DNA of 64,000 nt. It comes from Zootoca vivipara. Lineage: Eukaryota. The stretch lies in assembly GCF_963506605.1 (NCBI RefSeq), contig NC_083281.1, forward strand, positions 36,766,001 through 36,830,000, written 5' to 3'. This document shows positions 41,509 through 55,213 of this stretch, piece after piece. Under the pieces are notes generated by a model. The model had not been told where the DNA came from. It was given only the letters and a program-made list of their open reading frames with translations, and did no database searches. Numbering within the stretch: position 1 is the first letter of the stretch; each line of letters opens with the position of its first letter. A program made the position numbers and the translations under genes.

Positions 41509-42929
41509 CAAGGGTGTCAAACTCAAATTCATCGGGGGCCGCATCAGCAGTTTGGTCACCCTCAAAGGGCCGGTTGTGTCTGTAGGACTATGTGTCTACT
41601 CTTTATTATCATAAATTATTGTCACTGCATTCAATTATTACTGTTTTTTGTAATAAGGTAAGCTCATTCCCGCCCCCACGCGGATCACATTCCTGCGACG
41701 TGGCGCGTGTGTGGGAGGGGATGTAAACTAGGGAAATTTGAACAAAAGGTGGGGATCGACGGCTTGGGGGGGCGCTCAACTAAACCTTCGGCAGGAAGGA
41801 GAAAGCCACTGCTGGGATTAAAAACCTGCAGATGGAAAGAGGGCTTCCCTCTCCTGCCCTGCGCACACCCAAACCCGGCTAGGCAGGATGCCACATGCTG
41901 CAACCCACCCCATGCTTTGGAGAGGGGCAGGAACATGCGGTGCAGCGCCAACTCCCTGCTTTGCTTTTGCATCCTCCCTCCTCAGCGCCAGAGTCCCTTC
42001 CCCTCGCGCTGAGGGAGGGCAGCGAATTTCCCGAGGAGGAAGGCGGTGGCAGCCCCAGCGGACGTGCATCTTCGCCTCAGAGCTGCTCTTCCCCCCACCC
42101 GCGCTGTTGTCGTCTTCGCCGCCGCCTCTCCCTACCGGGACTGCAGGCAGAGGAGGCTTGAAAACCTCCACCCCCCAAAAAAATTTCCCTTCCCACCTAC
42201 TCAAACCGTGAGGCGACTCCATCTGGAGCCCTACATCACGAGGGGCTGAGAGGAGGCGGCGGCAGAGCGGGAAGAGCAGCTCCACCGGAACTGAGAAGCC
42301 AAAGGGCGGCTTGGGGGTGGGGGGCAGAGCAAAAGCCAGGCACCCTCCCGAGTGTCTATGAGGAGAAAACGGGGGAAGAGGGAAGAGAAACCCGGCTCCA
42401 TCAAGAGAGCGACTGTTTCGCTTCGCCTACTTCCCCCTCAGGCTTACTCCGCGTCCCTTTCGCCCGCTCGCTCGCCCACCTCCCGGATGCAGCTGAGGAG
42501 AGGAAGGGAAGCGGCGGGCGGCGGCTCCCCAGTGCCGCCTCACTCGCTCTCGGAGACAACAGCAAAGCCCGCTAAAAAAAAATCCAGCGCTGCTCCGTCC
42601 CGGCACCAACTTTGCCGGCGGCGCCTGTAGGGCTTTCCTACCTCCTTGGCGGGCTTCCTCCTCCTCCTCCTGCATCTCACTTCCCCGTCTGGCCGCTGTG
42701 CCACCGCCTCCCTCAGCCTCATTCGAAATTGAAATTCCCTGGCCAAGGCCGTCAGCGCGGCTCCAGCGCCCTGGCCTCCGCCTGCAGACCCGCCCCCGAT
42801 TTTGACCCTTGGCCAATCGCAGGCTCCAGAACTACTGTCAGCGGCTATTGTTGGCGGCGGCTACGCGGGCCACATGACGAGGTCTGGCGGGCCGGATTAG
42901 GCCCCCGGGCCTTGTGTTTGACACCCATG
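41509..42929. mobile_element. 1421-bp non-autonomous hAT element with CpG-rich interior
   Basis: TIR caagggtgtcaaac / gtttgacacccatg (13 of 14 match); perfect 8-bp TSD ctctagat (41501-41508 and 42930-42937); subterminal gggccg repeats; no transposase-like ORF. Confidence 0.9.
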
Positions 42930-45189
42930 CTCTAGATTTAGTAATGTGTACAAATATGCATACACTTGGGTAAAGTGTGCATATAAATGCATATCCATGT
43001 GAAAATGACATACAGAAATGTCACTAAGGAAAAGTGTGTGTTTGTGTGACAGAATTGCATAGAAGTGTGTATGTTAGGAGAATTTTGCACCAAGATGCTG
43101 AAAATTTTTAATGAGGCCCTCTTATTTTAAAATTGTGTGAAAATGGGGAAACTGAATTTTAGATTTTAAAATGAGAAGCTGAGGAAAACCAAAACTAACA
43201 GATTTGCCCAACCCAAACCCACACACCTTATTCTTGTTTGGGTGTTCTCCTTGTTCATAAACTCTTCATGTGAACAAAGGAAGTGAGGACAAGTGCGCTC
43301 AGCTCCGCCCCCCCCCATGCCACTTTCCCCACCACTCTTCCACTAGTTTCTCCCATCCCTTTCTGGAGATGCCGAGGATTGAACCTAAGACCTGCTTCAG
43401 CTTGGAAAACAGATGCTCTCCCGCTGAGCTATAGTCCTTTCTATCGATGTTCTAGATTGCACTGAGACAGATGCAGCTCTCTGGGTGGGGTGGAAGTGGA
43501 ACCGCTACTCTAGCTTCCCGGCAACTGGGTCATTGTTTCTTACAGGAAAGGGTGAGGCAGTCTGCACAGTGTGAATGCAGAGGCAGATCCAATATGGCAT
43601 TCCTATCAGTGCATTTGCACTGCACCAACCTCCCTGCCAGCTTGCCCCTTCCCTTCTGGTAAGCAGCAGCAGCTCACCTGCTAGGAAGCTCCACCCCACT
43701 TGATAGCGAGCCTCTGTGACCTTCCCTGAGCCACACAGTTGCCCACGGCAATTGGAGGGGGGGTAGGGATGCTGATGCGGAATGGCACATACCTGTCCCC
43801 ACTTCCCAGTTCATTTGTAGGGTTTACATACAAGCAGAATGCCTGACTGGGGCTCTAGAGGCAGGCTTATTTCACATGCTCTGACCTGAGCTCTGACACT
43901 CAAGGAAAGACCTAGGCCTAGTTGTGGCAACCTCTGGCTCAGACTAAATTAAGGCCTAATCACCACAGTGGCATAGTGGTGTTGTCCCCTGAAGATATCC
44001 ATCACCAAGGTTCCTGCTGGTTCATTCTGGTCACCAAGGTGAAACTGGGTTATGTTTCACCAACTGTCACAGATGCTGGCAGGAGCTATGCCCGTTATCA
44101 GTTGCCTTTGTTCAGCTATGATCCATAGCCAGCCAGCCAGCCAGTCTGGCGATGCTATCAGTGCACCTCCAACTGGCAATGGATTGTATGTAGTCAACAA
44201 AGGAAGCTGTGGTTTTGTGGGTTGAAAGCAAGGTTTTAGTAGATCTTTGGTACCTATCCAGATTCTCACAGATGATATATCCAGAGTTCTGCTTCTTGTT
44301 CAGGAGGTAGTGAACAACTCCAGGTCATCACCATGGTGCCTAGTCTGTGGCCTTCTAGATTTTGTTGGGCTACTACTCCAATCCCTCACCATTGACCCTG
44401 CTAGCTGTAGCTGATGGGAGATGGAATCCAAAGGTTTCTGGAGAGCCAGAGGTTCCACATTCCTGACATTTTGGAAAGGTTAGGGCAAACTCTGCATCTC
44501 CCCTGGAATTCATACCACTATCCCTAGCAAAGCCCACATCACACATGATAGAGAGGTAGTGTAATTGTAGTGGCTAGGAGTATATGGTGGCCAAGAACAT
44601 TAAAAACGTGCCTCAGCTACAAGCACAGGTAGGTCCTTGTGCTTTCACTTCTTCACCTGTAGAATGAGTTTAGTAATACTGGCATAGGGTGGTTATTTAT
44701 AGTAAATGTTAGCTATTTGGCTTGACAGGTGCTCCTGAGTGTTTTTATTTGATTCCAGATTTGGGCTGTTCGGAACTACTCTATTACAGTAAACAACAGT
44801 ATGAAGGATGACTGTATTTGCTCCTTTACTCCTGTACCTTTATTTTAAATAAATAAGCAAACAAATTTCAAGATCCAGCCCTCCCAGGATTATGCCAATC
44901 CAGAGTGCAGGTGGGAAGCGAGGGGGTGGAATGCTTCTTCCTCCAAACACACACAGCTTGCCGTAAAGTCCTGCATATAGAAATGTAGCACATTTGATAG
45001 AAAACTCGTCTAAAACCCTCACATGCTGTCTTTTTGCTGGGAGGAAGTTCTTGATACGGATGATGATTCAATCCAGCAGTCACTCCTGCCTCCCTCCCCC
45101 CCAGCTAAACTTTGAAGTGGTACAGGCTAAAGAAGGTGACATCTTGTGACTTTTCTGAAAACATAGACCAGTGTTAGTAGTGTTTAGAT

Positions 45190-45325
45190 CAGGCATCCCC
45201 AAACTGTGGCCCTCCAGATGTTTTGGCCTACAACTCCCATGATCCCTAGCTAACAGGACCAGTGGTCAGGGATGATGGGAATTGTAGTCCAAAACATCAG
45301 GAGGGCTGAAGTTTGGGGATGCCTG
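45190..45325. mobile_element. Palindromic hAT MITE
   Basis: caggcatccccaaact / agtttggggatgcctg; perfect TSD gtttagat. Confidence 0.92.
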
Positions 45326-45358
45326 GTTTAGATGCTTTGCACTGTGATATGACATCCT

Positions 45359-45552
45359 GTTGTTGTTGTTTAGTTGTGTCTGACTCTTCATAACCCCATG
45401 GACTAGAGCATGCCAGGCACTCCTATCTTCCACTGCCTCCCGCAGTTTGGTCAAACTCATGTTCGTAGCTTCGAGAACACTGTCCAACCATCTCATCCTC
45501 TGTTGTCCCCTTCTCCTGGTGCCCTCAATCTTTCCCAAGACTCCCTGGAAAA
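45359..45552 (-). mobile_element. RTE/BovB-like LINE 3' end, 5'-truncated
   Basis: Encodes the RTE C-terminus LGKIEGTRRRGQQRMRWLD...LREAVEDRSAW.ALVHGV.KSQT; (aac)n tail; 13-bp TSD gatatgacatcct / gatacgacatcct. Confidence 0.88.
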
Positions 45553-45565
45553 GATACGACATCCT

Positions 45566-45710
45566 ATGCCCTTTTAAAATGTGGGGTTTTTTTTGGGGGG
45601 GGTTATTGGATTGTTGTTTTTATTTTGATTATGTGTTTTGTGGTTTTATATTTTGATTTTATTCTGTGGACTGCCCTGAGACCTCCGGATATAGGGCGGT
45701 GTATAAATTC

Positions 45711-45747
<37 letters not shown>
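45566..45747 (+). mobile_element. L2-like 3' end with (TTA)n tail
   Basis: ctgtggactgccctgagacctccggatatagggcggtgtataaat followed by (tta)n. Confidence 0.65.
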
Positions 45748-45749
<2 letters not shown>

Positions 45750-46138
45750 AGTAAACTATGAGACCAGTTGCTAATTTTTCAGCTTACTGCCAAGAGTCTT
45801 AATATAATTTCAGATTGTTAATTTTATCCCCTCTAGCTGTTTCTGCAGCCTCAGGTCCTGACAGCAAGGGGGGTTGTTCAAAGAGTAGTAGCAAAGGAAA
45901 GCAGCCTTGGTAAGCCCTTGCTTAAATTTAAGCCAGGCCTTGCTTTCAACATGGCTGCCCATCTATCACGGGTATATATGGTAGAAGCAAGGGAGGCTGT
46001 TGCTCTTCTCCTGGGTGAATCATAATCCCAAGATCCTCAGCTTTCATTTCTAAAAAAAAGGGAGTAAGTTTCTAGCATTTGAAGCACCTGAGATATGAGG
46101 CAAAAATGTATAGGCGTTATTCTTCTCAAATTTAGTGA

Positions 46139-46471
<333 letters not shown>

Positions 46472-48378
46472 TAATGCTTGTGGGTGCATGAGACCTTTTG
46501 CTGCTTTTAGGTATCCAAGTTGTGTTGGATTGCCACTGTGGCAACACACTTGCTGTGGCTGCTTTGCAAGGGTAACATATAAAAGTGCCTCTCATTGTGA
46601 AACACTTCTGAGACCAGTGTCCGCATCGCTGATGGAACTCTGCTGGCATGGGATGCACAGACATGATCAAGGGAAATCATGCCTTTCGCACTGCTACACT
46701 GTACAGATAGTCAGAAGTGGCTCAGCAGATGAGGTGAAGCTTCCCTGCAGGTGGGTCACTGTTGTTCACTGGGAGGGAGACGGGTGATGCAGCAGCAAAG
46801 AGGTTGATGCAGTGCAACCACACTGGAGGAACAAATCCAATGCTCCTGCTGGTAAGTTTGCACTGCACCAACCTCCCCACTGTCTTGTTCCTCCCTGGTA
46901 AGCAGCAGCAGCTACCATAGTGGCTCCTTCCTACCTGGCAGGCTGCTTCTGCTGATGGTGATGTGAGAGGCAGCTAATCACAGGGGACATAGTTTTGTGG
47001 TGGAACCCTGTTTGCAAACTGCAGAAATAGAATGGGTTGGAAAGGACCTTGTGCAGGGCAACCAGCCCACCATCAGGCATAGTGAGGCAATTGCCTCAAG
47101 TGGCAGATGCTGTGGGGTGGGCAGTGTGGTAGCTACCCGGCTATTTCTACTGAGCCTCCCTCCCTACACCCCTCTTTGGGAAATTGTCACCCTTAGCTAG
47201 GGTGTGTGTGCTGTGAATCTGCCTTTGCCCCATTCAGAAGATTTAAGGGAGATCGTCTAACAATGAGTTCCCATGGGAACCCATCACCTGAAATTTCCCT
47301 AGCAAGAGAGGTTCTTGGATACTTTGTCAGGGCTGTTAAAGGAGTCTCCAGCAGAACTCCTGGCTCCTTTGACTCTATCCTGTTGAAACACTTCCCACTC
47401 TCATTTTGCTTAGAAATTTAAGCAGTACCCTAGCAAGATCTGACCAAGGCCCATCTGGTCCTGGCTTCTTTTTAAATTCCTAGGAACCAGGAGGTACTCA
47501 GCAGTCCCTTAGAAATCAATAACCAGTGGCCTGCCTTTGGACACCATGCCCATCTCCTTAGCAGAATTGTTAATGCAGGCACAAATTCAACTGTGAATCA
47601 TCCCCTACTCCTCTTTTACATTTCATCACAGGGCAGAAATTAAAGATCTCTGTGATAGGCAGATGAGCTGCTGTTATGTTGGACTTGCCTGTTCTAATCG
47701 GATGACTTTCTGTCAGTTTAAGCTTGTGGGCAACCCAGCTTTGTGCCAATATCTTCATGTGCCAAAAGAGGGGTTTTCTTCCCCTTCCCCTTATTGACTG
47801 AAATTTTGCAATTGGCATTAGAACATGGCTTTGGGGAGGCAACAACAGCTTCACCCTGTCAACAAAGTGTGCTAGTGTGGAGCTGCTAGTGTTCTTCTTC
47901 TTTAGGTTTCCTCTCATCTGCATTGGTTATATTTCTGAACTGTGTTTATGCCACGCATCTAAAGCACGTTTCATGCCCTTGCCCAGTAAATCATGGGAAC
48001 TGTAGTTTTGTTAAGGTGCTGAGAAAGGCAGCTCTGTGATGAGTAAACTACCGTTCCCATTATTATTTTGGGTGTGGGTGGATGTACTTTAAATATATGG
48101 GGCATATGCAGCCTAGGAGCAATGTCTCAATAGCTGGGCAGTTAGGCAGTGGAACCATTTATTTATTTGAAAGCACTGATGAACTACTTATGGTATTTTT
48201 AAAATCTCTAAGCGGTATACAATATCAAAAACAAGGGAGATTGTTAAAGCAAAAATACGAAGTAATAAAGCAGCAATATAAAAACATGCAAAAGCCAAAT
48301 AAAACAAAAGTTCAGGTGCTTCGAAACAGGCCTAAATACAAGCCTGGCAAAAAGAGAAGCCCATGCAATTACCTAGAG

Positions 48379-48514
48379 CAGGCATAGGCAAACTCGGCCC
48401 TCCGGATGTTTTGGGACTACAACTCCCATCATCCCTAGCTAACAGGACCAGTGGTAAGGGATGGTGGGAGTTGTAGTCCCAAAACATCTGGAGGGCCAAA
48501 TTTGCCTATGCCTG
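48379..48514. mobile_element. Palindromic hAT MITE
   Basis: caggcataggcaaa / tttgcctatgcctg; perfect TSD acctagag. Confidence 0.92.
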
Positions 48515-48969
48515 ACCTAGAGGTGTGATGGGAGCTTCAGGCAGAGACTAGGAAACTGCTTTGGGGGGATGCTCTGGATTGCTTGCAGAAGGTTGGATTA
48601 GATTGCCTGTAAGGCCCCCAACTGGATGGTTCTAGTTTTCATGGATATGCATGTATATGCAAGGACATCTAGGCAGCACACAGTCCAGGGCACAGCCTGC
48701 CATTTCCCACCCTGCAGCTGCCAAGGTATATTTTTGAATTTAGATAATCTGTTGTAGGGTGGCTGTGAGTTTCTGCTTTGTCCCAGGCAGCAGTTAAATA
48801 AGTGGAGTGTGGCCTGCCAGAAAGGAACTAGGCATGACCATAGTGGTGGGGGGTGGGGTCTCAGGCTGTCAAGCATGGTAAGAATAGGTCAGTATACAGG
48901 TATGTTGGAAGTAATATTATAAGACACACAAAGGTGGTTGTGTACTGTATGTATGTAATGTATGGGTCT

Positions 48970-49305
48970 AGAGGTGAATCAGTCTGTCAGTTTCAGTGTC
49001 TTAAACCCCCCCCCCCGATCTTATATTGTATGCAGTTTTGACTAATATACACATTTCTACAAGCACGTTTCTCTAATATAATGCACTTTTGTACATTTCT
49101 TTCACTAACGTATATGCACACTTTCCCTGAACACAGTGCATGTTTGTACACATTGTTTGATTGGCGAAACTGAATCACAAATTTCAGGAAAGTGTGAATT
49201 TTAAGGGTAATCGTGTTTTGGTCTGGGTTTTGGTTCAAGAACGGTGAATTGGGTCATTTCTCATCTCATTAAAATGCAAACAAAATCAAACTTCTCCCCC
49301 ATCCA
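48970..49305. repeat. Unclassified AT-rich dispersed repeat (other copies at about 37690-38240, 42940-43215, 50120-50640, 62880-63135)
   Basis: Recurrent ctaatatacacattt / taatgca..ttttgta / ttttcactaa subunits, ending in tctcccccatcc. Confidence 0.55.
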
Positions 49306-50891
49306 GAAGGGATAAAATTGACTTTGCCCAAAGCAGCAAAAAGCTTTTGGGCCAGCCTTTAAAAGCATTTTTAAAAGAGGCTTTTATATATTATTATTGA
49401 ATTGCTTTATCACTGATACGCTTGCACCCTAGGCTCCTTTGGCTGGGTGGGATATAAATTTGATTAATTAATGAAGACACAAAGAAGCACTTCTCATTGC
49501 ATTTCGTCTCCTCTGCCGACTAGTGAACCTAAGTTAGACGTGTCCATTAACTTCATTAGTCAACTCTGCAGCCCAGGGCTCCTTCTGGAGGAAGGGTGGG
49601 ATATAAATTCAACAAACAAACAAACAAATGCATGCTATCTTCCATATCCTCTAGCAGCCCCAGAAATTTAACCCTCCCAAGTGCTTCTTGTTAAGTAACA
49701 GCAGAGAGGAAACAGGATTGGAGCTGCAGGAGCTGGTTGATGATGCAAGTGGAAAGCTCCAGGTGGCCACATCTGATTAAAAAGCGCTTTGGGTTTTGTT
49801 TGATCTGCAATCAGTCCATTAATCTCTTAATTACACTGACTAATTGATTGGCGGTTCAGTTTCCTCCTCTGCTGTAGTCTTCAAAGACAATCTGTTTTGA
49901 ATGTGTGGAGGGCTCAGTAATGGATATGAGGAGGTAAAGCCTGACTATATCCAAGTGACCTAGTGCAGGGGTAGCCAATGTGGTGCCCTCCAGATGTAGG
50001 GGATTGTATTCAGTGCAAATTCCACTCAGAGTAGACCACTGGAGTGAGTGGACATGACTAACTTAGGTTCATGTGTCTCAGTGGGTCTACTCTAAGTAGG
50101 ACTTAGCTGAATGCAACCCAGGATTGGGTGAATTAATCTTGGTTTCTCTGAGCCTCTAATTTTCCATTCTCTGCATTTCTTCACAAGTTTGCAATTTTAA
50201 AAAAATTCTCATGAAAATTCGGTATTTTAGAGTGAAATTCTCCTAATAGACACATTTTGTACGCAATTTTGCCAAGTAGACACATTTTTGCAATGTCATT
50301 TACCCTAATACAATGTATTTCTGTATGTTGTTTTCACTAATATATGCACACTTCACACACACACACACACGCACACGCACGTCCTACCCCACCCAAGAAG
50401 TGGTCCGATGATCGTATCATGAGACAAAGTGAAACAGCAGAGTTGAAGGTGGCATTGAAAGCAGCAGAATAACAGACAATAATAATAATAAATGATGATG
50501 ATGATGATGTTGCCCAGCATGTATATTGGGAGAAATTCACACAAAGGTGCCGATGAGTTTTCATTGAGACTTAAAAATGGCAAGTGGGAACTGAAGACTG
50601 AAAAAATCAGAAATGGAGAGAAACCAAAGTTGGCACATACCCTCATCCTTATCATGATGGCTGTATGTCACCTCCAGGATCAGAGGGAGAAGCCCTCTCA
50701 GCACCCCCTGATGGGGGATGCAAGTGGAAGAAGGCTTGTGAGCTTTGGGGAGACGTGGTTTTCCACCATATGAGCAGAATAGCTGAGTAATAGACCCTGA
50801 AGACTTAAGAAAATAATGGATGAAGCATTTTATTGGATTGCATTGCTGGCTCCTTATCCTAGATTTTTTTGAACTTAGAATTGTTGAAGTA

Positions 50892-51117
50892 CAGTGGTAC
50901 CTCGGGTTACAAATGCTTCAGGTTACAGACGCCGCTAACCCAGAAATAGTACCTCGGGTTAAGAACTTTGCTTCAGGGTGAGGACAGAAATCGTGATCTG
51001 GCAGTGCGGCGGCAGCAGGAGGCCCTATTAGCTAAAGTGGTGCCTCAGGTTAAGAACAGTTTCAGGTTAAGAACGGACCTCCGGAACGAATTAAGTTCTT
51101 AACCAGAGATACCACTG
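50892..51117. mobile_element. Tc1/mariner-type MITE
   Basis: TA|cagtggtacctc ... gagataccactg|TA; internal ggttaagaac repeats. Confidence 0.88.
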
Positions 51118-52986
51118 TAATGGACTTGACTAACTTGAACCCTTTTGGTTTTATCAAATTAAGATCTTCCCAGAGTAGATGCATTGAAATTAATGGACCT
51201 AAGTTATTTATGCTTTAATTATATGCTACATATTCTGGATTGTATCCAACCAAGTCATACTCAGAGTAGACCATGGAAATAATAAACTTGACTAACTTGA
51301 ACCCATTGGTTGTAGTCACCTAAGTTCCACTGAAAGCAAGCACACTGAAATTAATGGGCCAAAGTTAGCCATGTCTATCCATTTCAGTTGGTCTAGTCTG
51401 AGTATGACTAATGTTATACACAAACCATTCATTTCAGTGGATTTACTCTTGCATATGACTTGGCTGGATACAATCCAGAATACATAACATTTTATTAAAA
51501 ACAGCAACAGGTACAATTAAATGGAAGAGGGAGCCAGCAATAAAATGCTTGGTGGGATTTTTAAATTTATTTTTTACTTACAGTCTTCATGATCTATTTA
51601 AAGGTTGTACAGAGGGCCAAAGAAATGCAAAGGTGTTGTCTGCATGTGTGTGAGCTAAGTAAAGAGGAGCAGAGAGGAATTACCCTGAAATATCTCCTCT
51701 TTACAGTTAAGGCAGCTCCAGAATAAAGTCTGTTTTTAATGTTTACTGCTACACTTGGAAAGCCTGATTATGTGGCTGTTCCCCCTCCAGCAAGGTTTTT
51801 TTTTTTGAGAGAGAGAGAAGACAAACAGGAAGGCTTCTGTTCAAAAATGAACAAAATTATCCCACTTAGGAGTGTGTGTTTTGCTTTCCTTTTAGAGCAG
51901 GACCCCTTTGGACATATACCACTCATCCCAGGTTAATTTAGAAGAGGCGATTGAAACAGTATCGCAAGGTGGCCAATTCCTCCTCTTTCCTTTGAGAGAT
52001 TTATTACTTTCCTCTCTTGGCACCTATGAGAGGCGTGCAGAACTCTGCAGAGGCATTTCATTCACCTTAACAAGTGTCTTTAGCAGGGCTGGGGAACCTG
52101 CAGCCCTCCAGATGTTGCCTGCTCTCCAACTCCCACCCTCATTGATCCCTGGCTCCACTGGCCAGGGCTGATGGGAGTCTGAGCCCAGCAACATCCGGAG
52201 GGCCTTATCTCTTTTCCCTAGAATCTCAAGTTGATTCCCAGGAAAGAGGGGGAAGGTTGCATGGTGGAAAGGGACAGTGATGGGGGAGCCACCATCCCGA
52301 GATGGCGGAGGAAGCTAGCAGTGATTAACCACGACGCTGTTTTCAACCTGTGATCATACTGTTTCTCACATCACTAAGTGGTGGGAACACAGGACTAACA
52401 CGGCAGGGTTTAGTTTCATTTGGATCAGAGAGGGGAGGGAGGGAGGGGAGTGCACTCAGAGGCGGATGCTGTGCATCTGGGGGAAGGAAATAGACGTTCC
52501 TGCAGTGGGCAGTAAATCTAAGAGCTATAAGCCCACTCAGTGCTTAAAAAAAAGAAAAGAAAGGGGGGAAGGTGTAAATACTCACCATGAATTTGTTACA
52601 GTAAGTGCCACACATTTAACACGGGTTGGCGGTACTGAGTACCATTGAGTACCCACAGAAAAAAGCACTGGGCCAACGTCTCAGAGGCCCTGCCCCTTTT
52701 CCCAGCAGTACTTCACCACCTCCAGCTAATTCTCAGCTCACTCGCTTTCTTTTTCCAAAGCCATTTTCCTGCCACTAGCTGAAAGGTGTTAGCTTAATTG
52801 TTTATTGACCAGATGTATTCCTCACCTTTCAACTGAATTAATTCTCAAAGCACCAAACAATCAACAGGTTGTAATAATACCTCATGAAACCTCTGCCTCA
52901 TGCACATCACAGTAGTAGCCCTTAGTTCCCTGGCAGGTGGATGAGGTCAGAACATTATTCCCTCTACTTCTGCAATCCTAAAGATA

Positions 52987-53342
52987 AAGGTAAAGGGTGA
53001 AGGGACCCCTGACCATTAGGTCCAGTCGTGACCGACTCTGGGGTTGCGCGCTCATCTCGCATTATTGGCCAAGGGAGCCGGCGTATAGCTTCCAGGTCAT
53101 GTGGCCAGCATGACAAAGCCGCTTCTGGCAAACCAGAGCAGCACATGGAAACGCCGTTTACCTTCCCGCTGTAGCGGTTCCTATTTATCTACTTGCATTT
53201 TGACATGCTTTCGAACTGCTAGGTTGGCAGGAGCTGGGACCAAGCAACGGGAGCTCACCCCGTCACAGGGATTTGAACCGCCGACCTTCTGATCAGCAAG
53301 CCCTAGGCTCAGTGGTTTAACCACAGCACCACCTGGGTCCCT
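52987..53342 (-). mobile_element. Sauria/Squam1-type SINE, full length
   Basis: 13-bp TSD aatcctaaagata (52974-52986 and 53343-53355). Confidence 0.92.
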
Positions 53343-54974
53343 AATCCTAAAGATACTACATTCCAAAAGCTGGGAAGAGATTCTGAACTATCAAAGAACA
53401 TTAGCATTTTTTGGTTAAATCCCTGGGGGCCACTTATTCACCATGATCATGCCTGCCAAACTTGCAGTGCTGCTGTTCAATGAGTTCATGGCTGATGCTT
53501 TGAGTAGATAAAAGTGATTGATTAATGAAAGCTTTCTTATCAAAATTCCCGTGGATAGGATATAGATATGATCAGTGGGGTTTAGTTCTGTGGTTTTTGT
53601 CTAGCTCCTTTCCACTCGTTGTCTTTGCCCAACCTACTTCCAAACATCACTATAGGAACTTTATTGGATACAGAAATGAAAACGATTATCCATGATGGAG
53701 TTTTAGCTCTCATTGGTAAATAAGCAGAGAAGTATGAATTTTGAAAGTTACCTGTGTTTCAGTTCACACGTTGGTTTGGGAAGTGTGGATTAGGTAGATT
53801 AGCATTAAAATGCAAACTGAAATGAATATATCCCCCATACTTATTGATGGGCTGGGTTTAGCTCGATTTAGTCTCAAGGTCTGCTGGCCTGTTCTGATGA
53901 GTTGAGACATGGGTCTGTTTTGAGTAGAATCCTGTTGGTGACAACCCCAAGTGTTAAGGGTAGAGAACACCCTTGAGCAGCAGCACTAGAGCTAATAGGG
54001 AATTTGAGACACTGGAGTCAATGGTCTGATTCACTGCCCCAGACACCTTTAGATGGTAAGCCAGCCCTACTTCAGTGGGAAGCTATCTTGCTCATTCCTC
54101 TGAGTGGGCACCTGGAATTCTGCTGCAAAGCCCTGATGACACCACTGAGCACCAAGGCCTTTTGGAAGGCATCCATGCCAGAGGAACATGGCCTGTAATA
54201 TATCACCACGCAAGATCTCAAGTTGAGTGTTCCTGAGGTTAATTTCATGTAGTGCTTACAAGATGTACACATGAAGGTGGGTTAAGGGTGAGTGTTGGCA
54301 AGCGCACTGATTTGAATGACCTACCTAACTCGTTTACTAAGGAGCAAGCGCAAAGAGATAATGTAGCCATCCCAAACCCACGCTGCTTAAAAAACAACAA
54401 CCACTCTTTATGTTGTACCAGCTCCTACTGCAGCAATATAGAGACCAAGGCAGACACACCTCAATTCCAGCTGCCCACACCCTCTGTATCTTATCCTGTC
54501 TATCTTTGTTCTCATACCACACCCATTGCCAAGGGATCAGAGCATCGCCTTGTGCTTTGATGCGTTTGTCTCTTTGCCCATTTTTGTGCATCCAAACACA
54601 CTGCGTCTGTGAAGCTTCTGGTCGAGTGATGTGAAATGGCCTTCAAAATACATGTGCTGCTTCACATTTTAAGTTTGTTTGGGTGGGGAGCCCAATGTTG
54701 ACAAGCTATCGCTTTGGAAGTCCCACCACACCAAGCCTGAAAATTCTTGGGAATTGTTCAGAGCTCTTACATGGGAACACTAACCTAACCCCTTTCTTTC
54801 ATATACTCCTACTCTATCTCAAACCAGCCCAATAAGCCACTGCCCCTTGCTCCTAATCTAGTTTAAAGAACAGTGGGGTCCCCATTCTATGCAGTCTTGC
54901 AGGAAAACACGTCCACTTTTTCCAATCCTCTTTCTCCCATTAGTGTGTTCACTAATGGTTTCTCATAATCCTGG

Positions 54975-55208
54975 GGGAAAAGTGACAAGTGGGGTGCCAC
55001 AGGGTTCTGTGCTGGGTCCAGTATTGTTCAACGTCTTTATAGATGACTTGGATGAGGAAATTGAGGGGATGCTTATCAAATTTGCAGATGACACCAAACT
55101 GGGAGGGGAAGTTAATGCCACAGAAGACAGAATCATGATTCAATATGACCTTAATAGACTGGTCAACTGGGCCCAAACGAACAAAAAGTATTTCAAAAGG
55201 GACAAATA
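54975..55208 (+). mobile_element. CR1 reverse-transcriptase fragment (older, sense strand)
   Basis: Encodes [24 protein letters not shown]...[12 protein letters not shown]. Confidence 0.9.
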
Positions 55209-55213
55209 TGAGT

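Noticed and set aside
41685-42935. Many overlapping ORFs in GC-rich stretches (also 25756-27325 antisense and 57068-57657)
   Set aside because: Low-complexity Arg/Pro/Ala/Gly translations in all frames, as expected of stop-poor GC-rich DNA; no recognisable domain, including no hAT transposase.
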